The notes under the pieces: model-generated | What the model was told of the DNA's origin: nothing | The model's input: the letters and a program-made list of their open reading frames with translations, nothing else | Database searches by the model: none | Position numbers and translations under genes: made by a program | Shown: positions 37,469-50,299 of the stretch, piece after piece | How the letters are laid out: each line of letters begins with the position of its first letter | Numbering within the stretch: position 1 is the stretch's first letter | Source of the DNA: Octopus sinensis | Lineage: Eukaryota | Assembly: GCF_006345805.1 (NCBI RefSeq) | Contig: NC_042998.1 | Span: forward strand, 17,360,001-17,424,000 | Length of the DNA: 64,000 bases | Direction: 5' to 3'

Positions 37469-37544
37469 GTCTTACAGCTATTTCAGGGATATCTCAGGTG
37501 ATGGGTCAGCATCACCATGCACTGGATATTCCGTCATTAGAGAC
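37469..37544 (-). ncRNA. Degenerate hammerhead-like motif (G5A) with extended stem II
   Basis: GTCT-CTAATGA-C-GGAATATC-(31 nt)-GATATCCC-T-GAAA-TAGCTG-TA-AGAC. Confidence 0.5.
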
Positions 37545-38728
37545 AAGGTGTGTATGTAGGAAAATTCTAGACAAAGAATTCATAGGGTATAAAAGAATAA
37601 AGCAACAGATAGAAGAATAGGGTATAAAACAGCTGATACTCGAATAAAGACAGGAGAATAAAGTTTACAGTTAATCTTATTCCAGAGGGTACAGAGGGTG
37701 GTGGGTACTTAAGTGAAGATCCTTAAGTATAATCCTAGGTAAACCCAGGCAGTATTTTCAATGTTGTGTTCAGGTTGAAGGAATAAAGTGGTTAGCCTGT
37801 ATGAAAATGGTGCCCGTGGGTGCATAGTGTGAGAGAGACGGACACCATGATAGACAGATAAGAATTGTGTGTGAGTAAATAGATAAAAGAAAAGAAAGAA
37901 AAGAACGAGGAGGATGGGTGCTGGAAAGAATGAGGCGTTATTGTTTTGGTAAGGTAAAGGAAGTAGGCTTTTTATGATTATGAATTAAACAGATGAATTC
38001 TAGGTTTAGCGTGGTCAGAAAGAATATTTAATTTTAGTTCAGTGGTCTGTAATGAGCTAAAATGCTAGAAATAGATGGCTAACTGAAGATATAACATTAA
38101 AACCTACAATTGAATAGATTATTGCGACTAGCGAACTTCTAAGATACTTATGCTGATACTAGGTAAGTATTGTGTGTGGACTTCCCTGGAATTTGGACCC
38201 ATAGAAGTATCGAATGGTGCGCTAGAACTTAGATTCACATGTGGAGAATACTTCGTGCTGTCTATTGAGGAAGTGTGGTGAATTATTAATTAATATTTAG
38301 GCAGAATCCACATGCAGAGCGCTGGAATTGGTACGGGTCACCATAATCTATTATGGCTGAACATATATTATGAAGTTAAACGCAAAACAGGCACAGAAGT
38401 TGGAGGCTTTGTCTATGACGATACTGCTTACAAATCTGAATTGTTTAAAAGAGGAAGAAAAGAGGGATCCTCATGTTTGGTTGTGGTTCTTGTGACAAGA
38501 AACTGGAAGGATCTTGTGACAAAAACCGGAAGGATCTTGTGACCAGAAACCGGCGGGTTAGGAGCGGGGTAAGTTTGAGGTCTGTGCGTTACGTGAAAGT
38601 ATGGTTAGTAAATCGGAAGTGGTTTTAGGAGTATGCTGTTGCCATGTGTAAACAAATAAACACTTAGGTGACGTCGGAAATTGAAGATTAGTGTAAAGAT
38701 ATGAATTGGTATATCTACATGATATAGA

Positions 38729-38959
38729 GGCGGCGAGCTGGCAGAGACGTTAGCACGCCGGGCGAAATGCGTAGGCGTATTTCGTCTGCCGTTACGTTCT
38801 GGGTTCAAATTTGGCCGAAGTCGACTTTGCCTTTCATCCTTTCGGGGTCGATTAAATAAGTACCATTTACGCACTGGGGTCGATGTAATCGACTTAATAC
38901 CTATGTCTGTCCTTGTTGGTCCTCTCTGTGTTTAGCCCCTTGTGGGTAGTTAAGAAATA
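38729..38959 (+). mobile_element. SINE family A, full length, TSD of 12 bp or more
   Basis: TSD ggtatatctaca at 38708-38719 and 38960-38971. Confidence 0.95.
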
Positions 38960-40229
38960 GGTATATCTACACGAATAGTTCTAGTAAACCGTCCAGCGGC
39001 TTGAGTCGGGTGCGCAGTGAATGTACTTGCACTTCCAGGGATAAATGGTGCTACTACGATTTGTCTGTTGACTTGAAATGTCGTATACCCGGGGGAACAA
39101 AATCGTGAATACTATGTGATAGTGTATTGGACATTTGAAATCAGGCAGCAGTCAGAGGATCAATAGACGCTGAAACATACTAAGTTTAGTAGATATCACG
39201 TTTAGAGGTAACAAAGAGATCGAGGTTTGCAGGAAATCTCTGTCAGTTTTAAATACGAGTAAATGAAACAGTCTGAAACAATTTGGAGTAAAATGAGCAA
39301 ATTAGCAAATCTTTCGGTTTCTGTGCCGTCAGTACTGGGGTGGAATAATTTTAGGTGTCAAGCGTAGATTTGCGTGGAGAATATGGCAATATCGTTGGTT
39401 TCGGCACCGTGAGAAGTGAGATATATCTTCTCAAGGAAAGATAAAATATGTTCAAAGAGCTTCTGAGGCTTCGATTTGCTCGGTGAGTGTTATAAATTTA
39501 TGTACTTCCGTTTCCTCTTTTGTTTGAAGTAAAGGAAGCGTGACTGATAAATGTTCATTGTGTCCATTTATTTGTACAGCATATGGATATCCAGTTCTTC
39601 ATGACCACAATATTTATCATATTTGTAAAAAAAATCTGATTACTTTCAGGTAACATTTTTCAGAAAATGCTACTTCGTATCACTTTCTGGACTTATTTTC
39701 CTGTTTCGTATTCTTCCTCTTCATGTTGCCACTACTATGCTTTTGGACAATTTTAATACGTTTCGTTTGCAGTTTTTCTGCAATATTTGTATTCTGAGTG
39801 CGTTGTACAAAACATCCATTTTTATGATGCACATTTTACTGCTTTATCTTCAATGTTGATATTTTTATGAGCGACTTTTAAGTTTATATATCTGAGATAC
39901 TTTTATTGTTCTTTAGAAATATTTGCAGATAAAATGATATACCTGTGTATTTGTAAACTTGAAAATTTGGACTCGCTCTTCCACACGACTCTATTATTTA
40001 TGGCGATCGTATCACTTTGCTTATTATTTCAATAGTTTATCATAATTTTCTTCATTGTAGAGATAAATAACATACATATAAGCCAAACACTGGAATCGAT
40101 AGACTTGAGTGTTTCCGCCCATTGACAAATTAAAAGAACAGTGCTCTTAGTCCATATTCACCTCGTACAAGTATTTACTGCTCTATCCGGTGATATACCA
40201 AATAGAGCAGCTAATAATGTGCTCAGAGT

Positions 40230-41080
40230 TTTCCTCTTTCAATGTTTATATGCTTCTATTCGTGAAATTCGTATCATTTTCGTCTTATCTTACGCCGTAG
40301 AATAGCAAACACGAGAAAATTAGATTCATAAAATGAGAAACGGAGAAAAGACAGAGATATCGTACGGAAGAGGAGAAGAAAATCATTTTATCAACTCTAT
40401 TACCTTAGGATATTGAAAGTCTTTGTTCTTACACTGTTTATTTTTCCTCTACTATCATCTGCTATCATATCAACTTCTCTCACTTGAAAACGATCGTCAA
40501 TCTTTATTGGAATATCCCACAAAATCCTTTAATTATTGTTCTTCATCAAAGATTTTGACTCATATTAATACCACCTCTCTGCTACCTCATTACACGCAGT
40601 CACTTAACATTTCAATGCATTCTTTTTCCGATACAATCAGAAATGCACTTATACTGTTTGGATGCTACCTTACTGCATTCACTTTAGTGAAGATTTATAC
40701 GTCTTTCATTTTTCTCACGAATTTCTGCGTTTGCTCTCTGAGTTGTCTCAAGTATTGCCGTTATCAAACTCGTTTTCAGGACTTCCTCATCAGGGGCTAT
40801 AATTAGCGATTCGTTTTCTTGCTTCAGGTTTATTCCGTCATCGAAATAAAGCTTTCTTTACAGAAAACACCTTCGGTTAGTTGCATAAACTGGGCTCTCG
40901 ATTCCCTTCTTGAATTCTCCTACTGTTTAAATAACTTCCTGGCTGAATTTTGCCGCGCATAGCATTCATTCTTTACTACATGCAACAAACATTTTTACAC
41001 CCAATATCGCAGTACTTGTTTGTCTTCCGAGTTTACCAATCCTCTGAATCCTTCCTTCTAGCAATACAGAACCTATATAT
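40230..41080 (-). mobile_element. Ancient R4/Dong-like relic
   Basis: LIIAPDEEVLKTSLITA (cf. FILAAQDQSLLTRNYQA), ECSKVAS, ILWDIPIKIDDRFQVREVDMI (cf. ILWDFPVHTDRTIKANKPDIV). Confidence 0.65.
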
Positions 41081-41149
41081 AAAATGTTTAAGATATTGCG
41101 TGACGCGCATTTTCATTAATATTTATTGTTCTGATAATATTACATCTAT

Positions 41150-41310
41150 TGTCGTCAGTCTTTACGTTCTGAGTTCAAATTCCGCCGAGGTAGACTTTGT
41201 CTTTCATCCTTTCGAGGTCGATAAATTAAGTACCAGTTACCTACTGGGGTCGATCTAATCGACTGGCGACGTTCCAAAAGATTTCGGCCTTGTGCCTAGA
41301 GTAGAAAAGA
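41150..41310 (+). mobile_element. SINE family A, short-tail variant
   Basis: gttctgagttcaaattccgccgagg...atttcggccttgtgcctagagtagaaaag. Confidence 0.85.
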
Positions 41311-41394
41311 ATATTCCATTTATTGATTTTTTTTTTTTTTGCGCACCATAATCCTGTACAAATTCGAGATTTTCCCTCTCAATAACCATTCACT

Positions 41395-41630
41395 ATTCTT
41401 ACTTCTTTATTGCCCACAAGGGCTAAACATAGATAGGACAAACAAGAACAGACAAATGGATTAAGTTCATTATATCGACCCCAGGGCGTAATTGGTACTT
41501 AATTTATCGACCCCGAAAGAATGAAAGGCAAAGTCGACCTCGGCGGAATTTGATCTCAGAATGTAACGGCAGACGAAATACGGCTACGCATTTCGCCCAG
41601 CGTGCTAACGTTTCTGCCAGCTCGTCACCC
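41395..41630 (-). mobile_element. SINE family A, full length
   Basis: Reverse complement of family A. Confidence 0.9.
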
Positions 41631-42681
41631 TTACTATTTACTATTCTGTCGTTCTGCAACACACCCAGATTCTTGTGTTTCTTTTTATTTTTCAGCGATA
41701 TAATAATTTCTTCTGGTAATTTTAGATTGTCAGTGATTATCTTTTAACCTAACTTAGTATGCGTTGTTCATTTTCTTATCGTTGTTGCTACTTCTGTTCT
41801 CAATATCGACATGAGCAAACTTGAATTCACTTTCCTATGAGTATTTTAGAATTATTTGATAAGCAGAACAACAAAAATATTTTCCTCTATTATTTTGTAA
41901 CAGAAAATAATCTAAGTGTTAGAAGGCTAGGTCACATAAAAGAAACACATGTTCTTTCATTTTATCGCATAAATTTAATTCTTCTGTTTCTCTTTACATT
42001 TCGTGAGAAAATGGCTTCTCTCGGATAAGCGGAATTATGCGGGTAACAATATGAATTAAATAAGCTATTTATAGAAAGATTTTAAATATAATTCTACCCA
42101 AAGAAAGAAACAGTGTACACGAAAAAATATTTACATTTTAATAGTAATTAGAAATTTTGAACCATCACGGTTCATGGAATGAAAGTCATCGGCATTTGCA
42201 CATAATATGGCTGAAAGATTTTCTCTCTCAATATATATACTGTAACAAGTAACTCTGTGTTCCTCCTTGTAGGCTAATGTATTTTCCAAAGAAGAAACTA
42301 ATTTCATGGGCATTATTCTCCTGTAATAAGCTCGAGACACTTACAACTTTCTAGATAGCTTAACATATGTGTGACTGTACAACTAAAAATTTCTGATTTT
42401 CTAACTCATAGTCATTGCCATTTTTCTAAACGCCATAACATCTCATCAGTTTGTCTTAACATGAACATTCTTGATTTTACATGAGTTGCAGAAGCGGATT
42501 TCAAATCGAGGTTTCCTACATTAACACCATTTGATCTCTGCTGTGCAGGACTTGTTTAATGTATTTATACTGCTTAACTTCCATCTGATTTAATGCATTT
42601 GTACCGCTTAACATTCATGTATGGTTTGTTTTAAAGACGACTGCTACAAATTGCCTTTTGCTATGGATACTCTGGACATAA

Positions 42682-43071
42682 GTGGAGGCGCAATGGCCTA
42701 GTCGTTAGGGCAGCGGACTCGCGGTCATAGGATCGCGGTTTCGATTCCCAGACCGGGCGTTGTGAGTGTTTATTGAGCGAAAACACCTAAAGCTCCATGA
42801 GGCTCCGGCAGGGATGGTGGTGATCCCTGCTGTACTCTTTCACCACAACTTTCTCTCACTCTTACTTCCTGTTTCTGTTGTACCTGTATTTCAAAGGGCC
42901 GGCCTTGTCACTCTCTGTGTCACGCTGAATATCCCCGAGAACTACGTTAAGGGTACACGTGTCTGTAGAGTGCTCAGCCACTTACACGTTAATTTCACGA
43001 GCAGGCTGTTCCGTTGATTCGGATCAACCGGAACCCTCGTCGTCGTAACCGACGGAGTGCTTCTAAAGAGC
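42682..43071 (+). mobile_element. SINE family C, full length, 12-bp TSD
   Basis: gtggaggcgcaatggcctagtcgttagggcagcggactcgcgg..ggtttcgattccc tRNA-like head; TSD ctctggacataa at 42670-42681 and 43072-43083. Confidence 0.95.
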
Positions 43072-43538
43072 CTCTGGACATAATTTTACTTCGTGAATTT
43101 CACAAAAACGTGCCACTGTGATTCCATGTATTATCTTATATCATGCAGTCGTGTCCACGTAATTCTGTTGATATAGAAAGAATAACGTGATGTTATTTAG
43201 GATTATAAAGGTAATAATATCTTAAAAGCTTGTCATTTGTATACCACAGAAACACATGGTTTGCAGCCTAAATAGTCGATACTTTAGGGTGAATGTGTGA
43301 CTATCCCACGAGACTGAAAACATATACAGCAAGGGCCTGTATGTCAAAGATAGTGTAAACACGAACAGGATATGCGAGGTCGGTTCCCATTAGCCTTGAA
43401 ATAAAGTTTCCATTTAACAGCAAGTGATAGAACGGTAGAACGAAATTAAATAAAATATAGAAAAAATATCGAATGCAGATTGACTTCGATTACGCATACA
43501 AGAATTAGAGCTATATATTATATATATATACATACATA

Positions 43539-43588
<50 letters not shown>

Positions 43589-43637
43589 AAACAAGTCAAA
43601 AATAGAAAATGCTAAGATAATTTTATAGTGAATCTTT

Positions 43638-43675
43638 CAGTACCGGTTTCGGTCATTTTGAGACCTTTTCAACTG
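43638..43675 (-). ncRNA. Minimal hammerhead-like motif, U3-A8 variant (left arm)
   Basis: CAG-TTGAAAA-GGTC-tcaaaat-GACC-GAAA-CCGG-TA-CTG. Confidence 0.65.
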
Positions 43676-44133
43676 TAACGATTAAATAATTAATTTAGAA
43701 AAATTAGAAGAAAAGTTTTTTTAAAAGAATATTTCTGTAGTAGTGTTCAGAATAAGTAGCATTCTACCTTTCTCTGACTCCCTTGTTTGCACTTGTGTGT
43801 TCGAGGTCGTTTTGAGTTCTTGCTAGGATAGGTGAAGAATAATGAGGCTGATGTGGAGAAGGGGTGGGGAAATCTGGGAATGCCTTAATGGTCGTATTTA
43901 GCGTGAAGGGTCGTGGATTTGCGTAGTCGCAGTTAAAAGGAATTGTTTATGGCGGTTTGCGAAGGCGACATTCAACACTGGTCAAAAGTAAAAGGTAAAG
44001 GGGTGGAAGTGGAGAAGTAGAAGAAGAAGAAGATGACGATGTTGATGATGATGATGATGAAGAAGAAGAAGAAGAAGAAGAAGGAGAAGGAGAAGATGGT
44101 GGTGATGATGGTGGTGATGATGATGATGACGAC

Positions 44134-44790
44134 GTGCCCTTAAACTTAACATCAAGAACTGAGACATCCCAAATCAAAGAAAAAACTACAACCAAAAGCC
44201 TTACCATACATCTCACACACAACCCTCTCAATAACGAAGCCTTCGACACCATCCTCCACAACATACCCCTCCTAAAAAAAGACCACAGAATGAACACAAT
44301 CCTCCAAACACACACGATCATAAAAAGCAAAAGACAGCCTAGATCCATGAAAAGTCTCCTAACACAAGCCCGAATTCAACACAGAAGCCGACAGTAAAAA
44401 AATGTGGAAGACCCAATTGCGGGATATGCGACTATCTAATTGAGGGATCAGAGTTCTCCTTCAAACAGGGACAACGGTTACAGTGAAAAGCAACTTCACA
44501 TGTGCTTCGGAGAACCTAATATACTCACTAACCTGCTCCGGGTGTCAAGAGCAGTACATAGGCCAAACAAAAAATGGTTGCGTAAACGAATGGCCCTGCA
44601 CAGATCCCAGATAAAAATTCCCCAAAACAGAAAAATAGCTTTCAGCCAACACATAGATACTTGCGCCAACAAAAAACACCAAACTTCAGGATTGTCCCCC
44701 TCTACCAATTTAGGGACGATACAACCTCGAGACAACGAATAAGTAAAGAAAATCTCTTTATTACAAAATACAAGCCACTTCTTAACGGGT
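44134..44790 (+). pseudogene. GIY-YIG endonuclease region of a Penelope-like ORF, frameshifted
   Basis: LTHNP..LLKKDHRMNTIL..KRQPRSMKSLLTQA linker, CxxC..CxxC, NLIY..YIGQT. Confidence 0.9.
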
Positions 44791-45428
44791 CTACGACAAA
44801 CAATTAATATACCTCAACTTTAGAATAAAAGAAATATATACACACACAAATATTACACTCCATAGAATCCATACTAATCAGCCCCATCACAGCTATACTT
44901 ACACCCATTCATATTCTCCTTCTCTGTGTTTTTCTTCTTCTTCTTCTTCCTCTTCTTCTTCATCATCATCATCATCATCATCGTCGTCATCATCATCACC
45001 ACCATCATCACCACCATCTTCTCCTTCTCCTTCTTCTTCTTCTTCTTCTCTTCATCATCATCATCATTAACATCGTCATCTTCTTCTTCTACTTCTCCAC
45101 CTTCCACCCCTTAACCTTGTCACTAATGTCTTTCAGTATAACGCCTACGCAAATTCCATAAACAATTCTGAATTGAACTGCGACTACTGTCAGCCACTGA
45201 CCATTCAAAATACGACCATTAAGTCATTCCAGATTTCCCCACCCCTCTCCACATCAGCCTCCTTATACTTCACCTATCCTACCAAGAACTCAAAACGACC
45301 TCGAACACACAAGTGCAAACAAGGGAGTCGAGAAAGGCAGAATGCTACTTATATCTGAACACTACTACAGAATATTCTTTTAAAAAAACTTTTCTTCTAA
45401 TTTTCTAAATTTAATTATTTAATCGTTA

Positions 45429-45466
45429 CAGTTGAAAAGGTCTCAAAATGACCGAAACCGGTACTG
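45429..45466 (+). ncRNA. Minimal hammerhead-like motif, U3-A8 variant (right arm)
   Basis: Identical to 43638-43675; perfect 4-bp stem II; palindromic ACCGGT helix III. Confidence 0.65.
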
Positions 45467-45523
45467 AAAGATTCACTATAAAATTATCTTAGCATTTTCT
45501 ATTTTTGACTTGTTTTTTCATAT

Positions 45524-45553
45524 ATATCAACTCGTGTGTTTCTCTCCACCCTT

Positions 45554-45637
<84 letters not shown>

Positions 45638-45720
45638 CAGCATACATACATATATATATATTTACATATACATGCATTACATACATATTACATATATATA
45701 TATACACATATATCTATCTA

Positions 45721-45752
<32 letters not shown>

Positions 45753-45946
45753 CATATATATAATATATAGATATATATATATATATAATATATCTATATA
45801 TAATTATATATATATATACATACATGCATACATACATATATATATATTTACATATACATGCATTACATACATATATACATATATAATATACACATATATC
45901 TATCTATGTATATATAATATATATATACATATATATATACATATAT

Positions 45947-46022
<76 letters not shown>
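45524..46022. repeat. (TA)n-rich compound microsatellite
   Basis: Direct reading. Confidence 0.95.
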
Positions 46023-46026
<4 letters not shown>

Positions 46027-46414
46027 ACATTTACTGAGAAATATGTGCGCCTATTATAATCACTTATATTTGTTCTTATAATATGAACACAGAGGCATGG
46101 CAAAGCAAATGTGAATAAAATCTTTTACTCATTGATTGTACGGATTGCCTCGTCAACAATCTGATATGACCATTTTTCTATAAATCGTGCTAGGTGTAGG
46201 AGTTGGATCAAATATTGTTCACGTAGCTTCCGTATAAAATGTATTATTCAAATAGATTCTCCAAATCACTCAGAGACATACACGCTCCCACAAACGTATA
46301 CATAAAGACACATAGTCAAGCATACACTTACTCGTACAATCACATATAAATGCATATATATATATATGTACATATATATTTATATCTAGCTGGCTATTTA
46401 ACTATCTATCTATT

Positions 46415-46449
<35 letters not shown>

Positions 46450-48383
46450 TATATTATATATATATACACACACCACATAATATTTATGTATATGTATATC
46501 ATGTGTTTAAGGTGTGTGGGCATATATCTCTGTAAGTGTGATTATGTATGTATGTATGTACGATTGAGTGTAACTTCCAGATTTTGTGTATGTTCATAAT
46601 TATGAATCAGGTTAGCCAATGTTATTAAAATCACTCCCATATAGAAAACACATACACACCATGCATACTGACATACACAAGAACATACATGTATAAATAT
46701 GTGTTTAGATATTCATGTATCGGTTTATGTATGTGAATCATTGTTTTTTTTTTGTGTATATGCGCATTATATTGCTCACTGTGTACAAAATATTCTCTGA
46801 CGATATATAAATATCCTTTCATCTGCTTATATCGACAGTGTGTAACTCACCTATACAAAACTACAGACAAACATATCCGTGTGTGTATATATAGATATAT
46901 CTACATAAATATGCGAGCGCGTGTGTGTGCATGTGTGTCTGTGTATTATTGTTTAACAATATCTCATAAGATTTTGAAGTAAATACCAGTGTTCGATTTG
47001 TCAATGTTTCTTTTGCATGTCCAGATCCCATTTCTAGTCTAGTAATCAATATTCCATTCCCCTACCCGTGTAAAAGACACAATAAACCAAAAGAAAAATA
47101 GAAAACTGGGTTCAAACACAAATGTAAAGATAAGTGGCAAGCTAAAAATATAAATAAAAAAATACACACATACAGAGAAAAACACAGATTGAGGTAAAAT
47201 CGGTTGGAAAATATTCGTAATTAGTGGACTGTTTGTGGCATGAATATATAAAGATACTATAACATATATTTAAACAATAGTGACACACAACAATGGTAGA
47301 AAAAATTGCTAAGAATAAAGAATAAAAAGTAATACTAAATTTAGGCGATATCATGCAACATGATCACAGAGACAGTGAATAGTGAAGCATTGATGTTAGA
47401 CATTATATTAGATTGAGCAGTAATCGCTATATAGCTTCATAGGTCAATTTCTACAGGCTTTGTAATTTCACTTCTAGCGGTACTGACGTAAATCTATCTT
47501 CTTGACAGATCATCTAAATATGAACAAAATAATAATAAAAAAGAAAGAAAGAAAGGAACCTACATTGAAAATAGAAAACATCTCAACAAAATTAAAATTA
47601 TCAAAAGTCTGTAAATGACTATTATAGTGAAAAAAATACATAAAGAAAACGACAAATGTTATTAATCTTACGAATCTGCGTATTACAAATACATCGATAC
47701 TGAAGGGTCACTGATGTTAAAGAACCAACGAAATATGATATTTAATATGTTGTCTAGCAGTAGAAGTTTCTTGATAAATTTACTATGACTGCTTCTAGTC
47801 TACGCACATAGGTTCAACAAAGAAATAACTGCTATGTATCCGAAAAAGACTGAAAGAATAACGTGAAACAAATTCAGACAGTGCTCTGTTTCATCAGTCA
47901 GTAATAATACGTTTCCAGGCATGCACAGAGACAAGGTGTTAAATAATTTCGAATAGAATCACCGACGTTCATACACATACAATAACTCTGCAATTTCACT
48001 AGACCCAGCTAAAAAAAATTAATAAGACATCAAACTATTGGACAATATTATGTTCAATACCATTGCAAACTCTGACATATATTTTGGCTTCGTTCCTTAA
48101 CCTTAGGTCAGTTATTGGCGAAAAAAAGTGTGTGACGACTGAGGAGTCATTCACGTCCTTATACTGTTCACACTGCATTCGGTGTCACATTATTCTCTTT
48201 GTCTCTCTTTCTTGTCGTTACTATTTCAGCAGGATGGTGAATTCGTTTTACGATCGGTATTTTGGTTTTTGAGAAATTATTATACACACATACCTTCTAC
48301 CTAGCTCTCACACCGAATTATCTGTAAAGTATGTAATGCTACCTGCTATTGTCCGAATTATTAACACTATAGAAATTACTTAC

Positions 48384-48533
48384 AATCAATACTTAGCATA
48401 ACATTGAAGTAAAAACTAATTGCATTTTTCTTTGAAAATTGTAATACAAATTTCATGAAATACACCTGGAAAATAATGCAGGTCACTGGAATATGTTGTT
48501 TTACTATATTTGTATTCGGAAATGAGTATATAC
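48384..48533 (-). CDS. Candidate 150-nt exon, unidentified (xIYSFPNTNIVKQHIPVTCIIFQVYFMKFVLQFSKKNAISFYFNVMLSIDx)
   Basis: Minus strand gagttttcag| acceptor (alternative cattattttccag|), |gtaagt donor, open frame. Confidence 0.25.
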
Positions 48534-49757
48534 CTGAAAACTCTTTATTATACCGTTCCATATGGAGTACTATTCAATAGAAACAAATACCAAATTTTTA
48601 TTGTTGAATTTATTTTCTAATTTTGGTGTTGGTACGGTGAGAATTCGGAACATTTAGCGAGGAAAACACACATCGGTTGTGTAAACTTCAGTTTATATAT
48701 ATATATATTCTAGACGTTAATATTTATTGATGCAACACTTGAATGACAATTAGGTGTAGGTTTAAGAAAACGTTGTGTGATGCTAAACTTAGAAAGCAAA
48801 AAGGTAGAGAAGCCAAGGAAATACATTCGATCAACATTAAGTCGGCCATAGGCTGCTGATAAGTATTCATGCACAATGTCGATTATAGTCTGTGGTATCC
48901 AAAACCAAGAAACGTAGTAATTCAGTTAAAGAACTTGAGGGCTCTACATGTGAGGGAAACTGCCTAGCGATTCCTTGCAAGAATAGAGGACCACAGGAGA
49001 TATATACAGACAGAGTTTCTACATCGGTACTTTATTGGTATACTGAGGATAATCACGACGGTATACTGAAAAATATAGACATAACAGTCATACTGACAAA
49101 CCACATGCTTCTCTACTTAGAAGTTAGTGGAAAACATCACTTGTAATAAAAAAAAATATGATACTGGTAAATGCAATCACCACGCTTCGAACATCATCTG
49201 CCACGAAAATAATGCTATTAATTTTATAGCATTATATTCAAATCCACTTATATGTGCCAACCTGTGTGTTGTTGATACATACCATTACGAGACCGACACA
49301 ATTGCTCCAAACAAATTCACAGCTCTATAGCTTAGTAAGCGTATATTGGTGTGGGTGTTTGTTTATGCACTTAGAATATTTGTGAAGGAATTTATCTACG
49401 TTTATAGATAAATTCCTTTATCCGCTTTATTTATTAGAATAAAAGGTGAAGAGAGTCATAAAATGGTAATATGATCTTCCCAATTCCCCAAATAAATAAA
49501 TGACTGTTTTTCAACATCCAAATACCGACTCCACCTACATATTCGCAGGCCTTTTACAACTTGCCTGTGTAATCCTAACGTCCTTTTAGCTTTTATCTTA
49601 CTTTCAGCTACCAACGAGTACTTTTTGACAATTCAGATTCTTAAAATGAAGTTATTCTTTTTCTGTTTTTCTGTATGAAACGATTGCATAGCTACATGAG
49701 TAAAAAGGAAAAATTAGCATATATATATATAATATATATATATATAGGGATAGATAG

Positions 49758-49814
<57 letters not shown>

Positions 49815-49960
49815 AGATAGATAGATAGATAGATATATATATATTGATATAGATATAGACATATAGATATGTCTGTTTTATGACATAATAAAATCCATTC
49901 TACTTCAAATTGAAGGATTACACAATACATTTGGTAGAGTACAGACTTCATATTATTTAG

Positions 49961-49999
49961 CAAGAATAGTATCGACAGTAACTTCGAAATTTCTGCTGG
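49961..49999 (+). CDS. Candidate 39-nt exon, unidentified (xRIVSTVTSKFLLx)
   Basis: tcatattatttag| and |gtaagt; length a multiple of 3. Confidence 0.3.
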
Positions 50000-50105
50000 G
50001 TAAGTCATCATTGGTCTCTGTCTCATTCTCATTCTCTCATTCTCCCTCTCTTTCTGTATCTATGTACGTCTGGATATATTTATGCTTATATATATATATA
50101 TATAT

Positions 50106-50272
50106 CCCTTCTCGGGATCTTTCCTTCTCCTATGTTTCCGACGAAGAGCTCCGCTCGAAACGTTAAACCCTCCTTCTTCCCTTCTTTCCTGAGCGTCCAA
50201 TAATACTTTATTTGTTCCACGTCCTCGCGTTGTTGTGTTTTTGTTTTTTGTGTTTTCTTGTTTGGATTAACT
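50106..50272 (+). mobile_element. (TA)n-embedded module related to H1; hammerhead-like core at 50134-50168
   Basis: GTTT-CCGACGAA-GAGC-tcc-GCTC-GAAA-CG-TT-AAAC; cctgagcgt and ccac(ct)gtcctcg shared with H1. Confidence 0.75.
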
Positions 50273-50299
50273 TTATATATATATCTATATATATATTAA

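Larger units (their letters stand above)
37230..39480 (-). mobile_element. Ancient Penelope-like element relic (RT fragment, GIY-YIG region, 3' UTR), split by a SINE
   Basis: Broken minus frames: SFYSKLFQTVSFTRI, FKSTDK, FQRSACGFCLNIN, FSTCESK, QTTELKLNI; hammerhead-like motif in the 3' region. Confidence 0.6.
43585..45519 (+). mobile_element. Penelope-like element: 5'-truncated GIY-YIG part with an inverted copy of its 3' end, in (TA)n
   Basis: 43585-44130 inverted against about 44925-45519; core KCGRPNCGICDYL..FTCASENLIYSLTCSGCQEQYIGQT..LRKRMALHRSQI. Confidence 0.92.

Noticed and set aside
42682-42756. tRNA-Arg gene
   Set aside because: tRNA-like head lacks a proper acceptor stem and runs into a SINE body with TSDs; same for family A and B heads
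49652-50032. Myosin-like EISKLLSILFLLNN in a minus-strand ORF
   Set aside because: Superficial match, no other motor motifs, ORF runs into (TA)n
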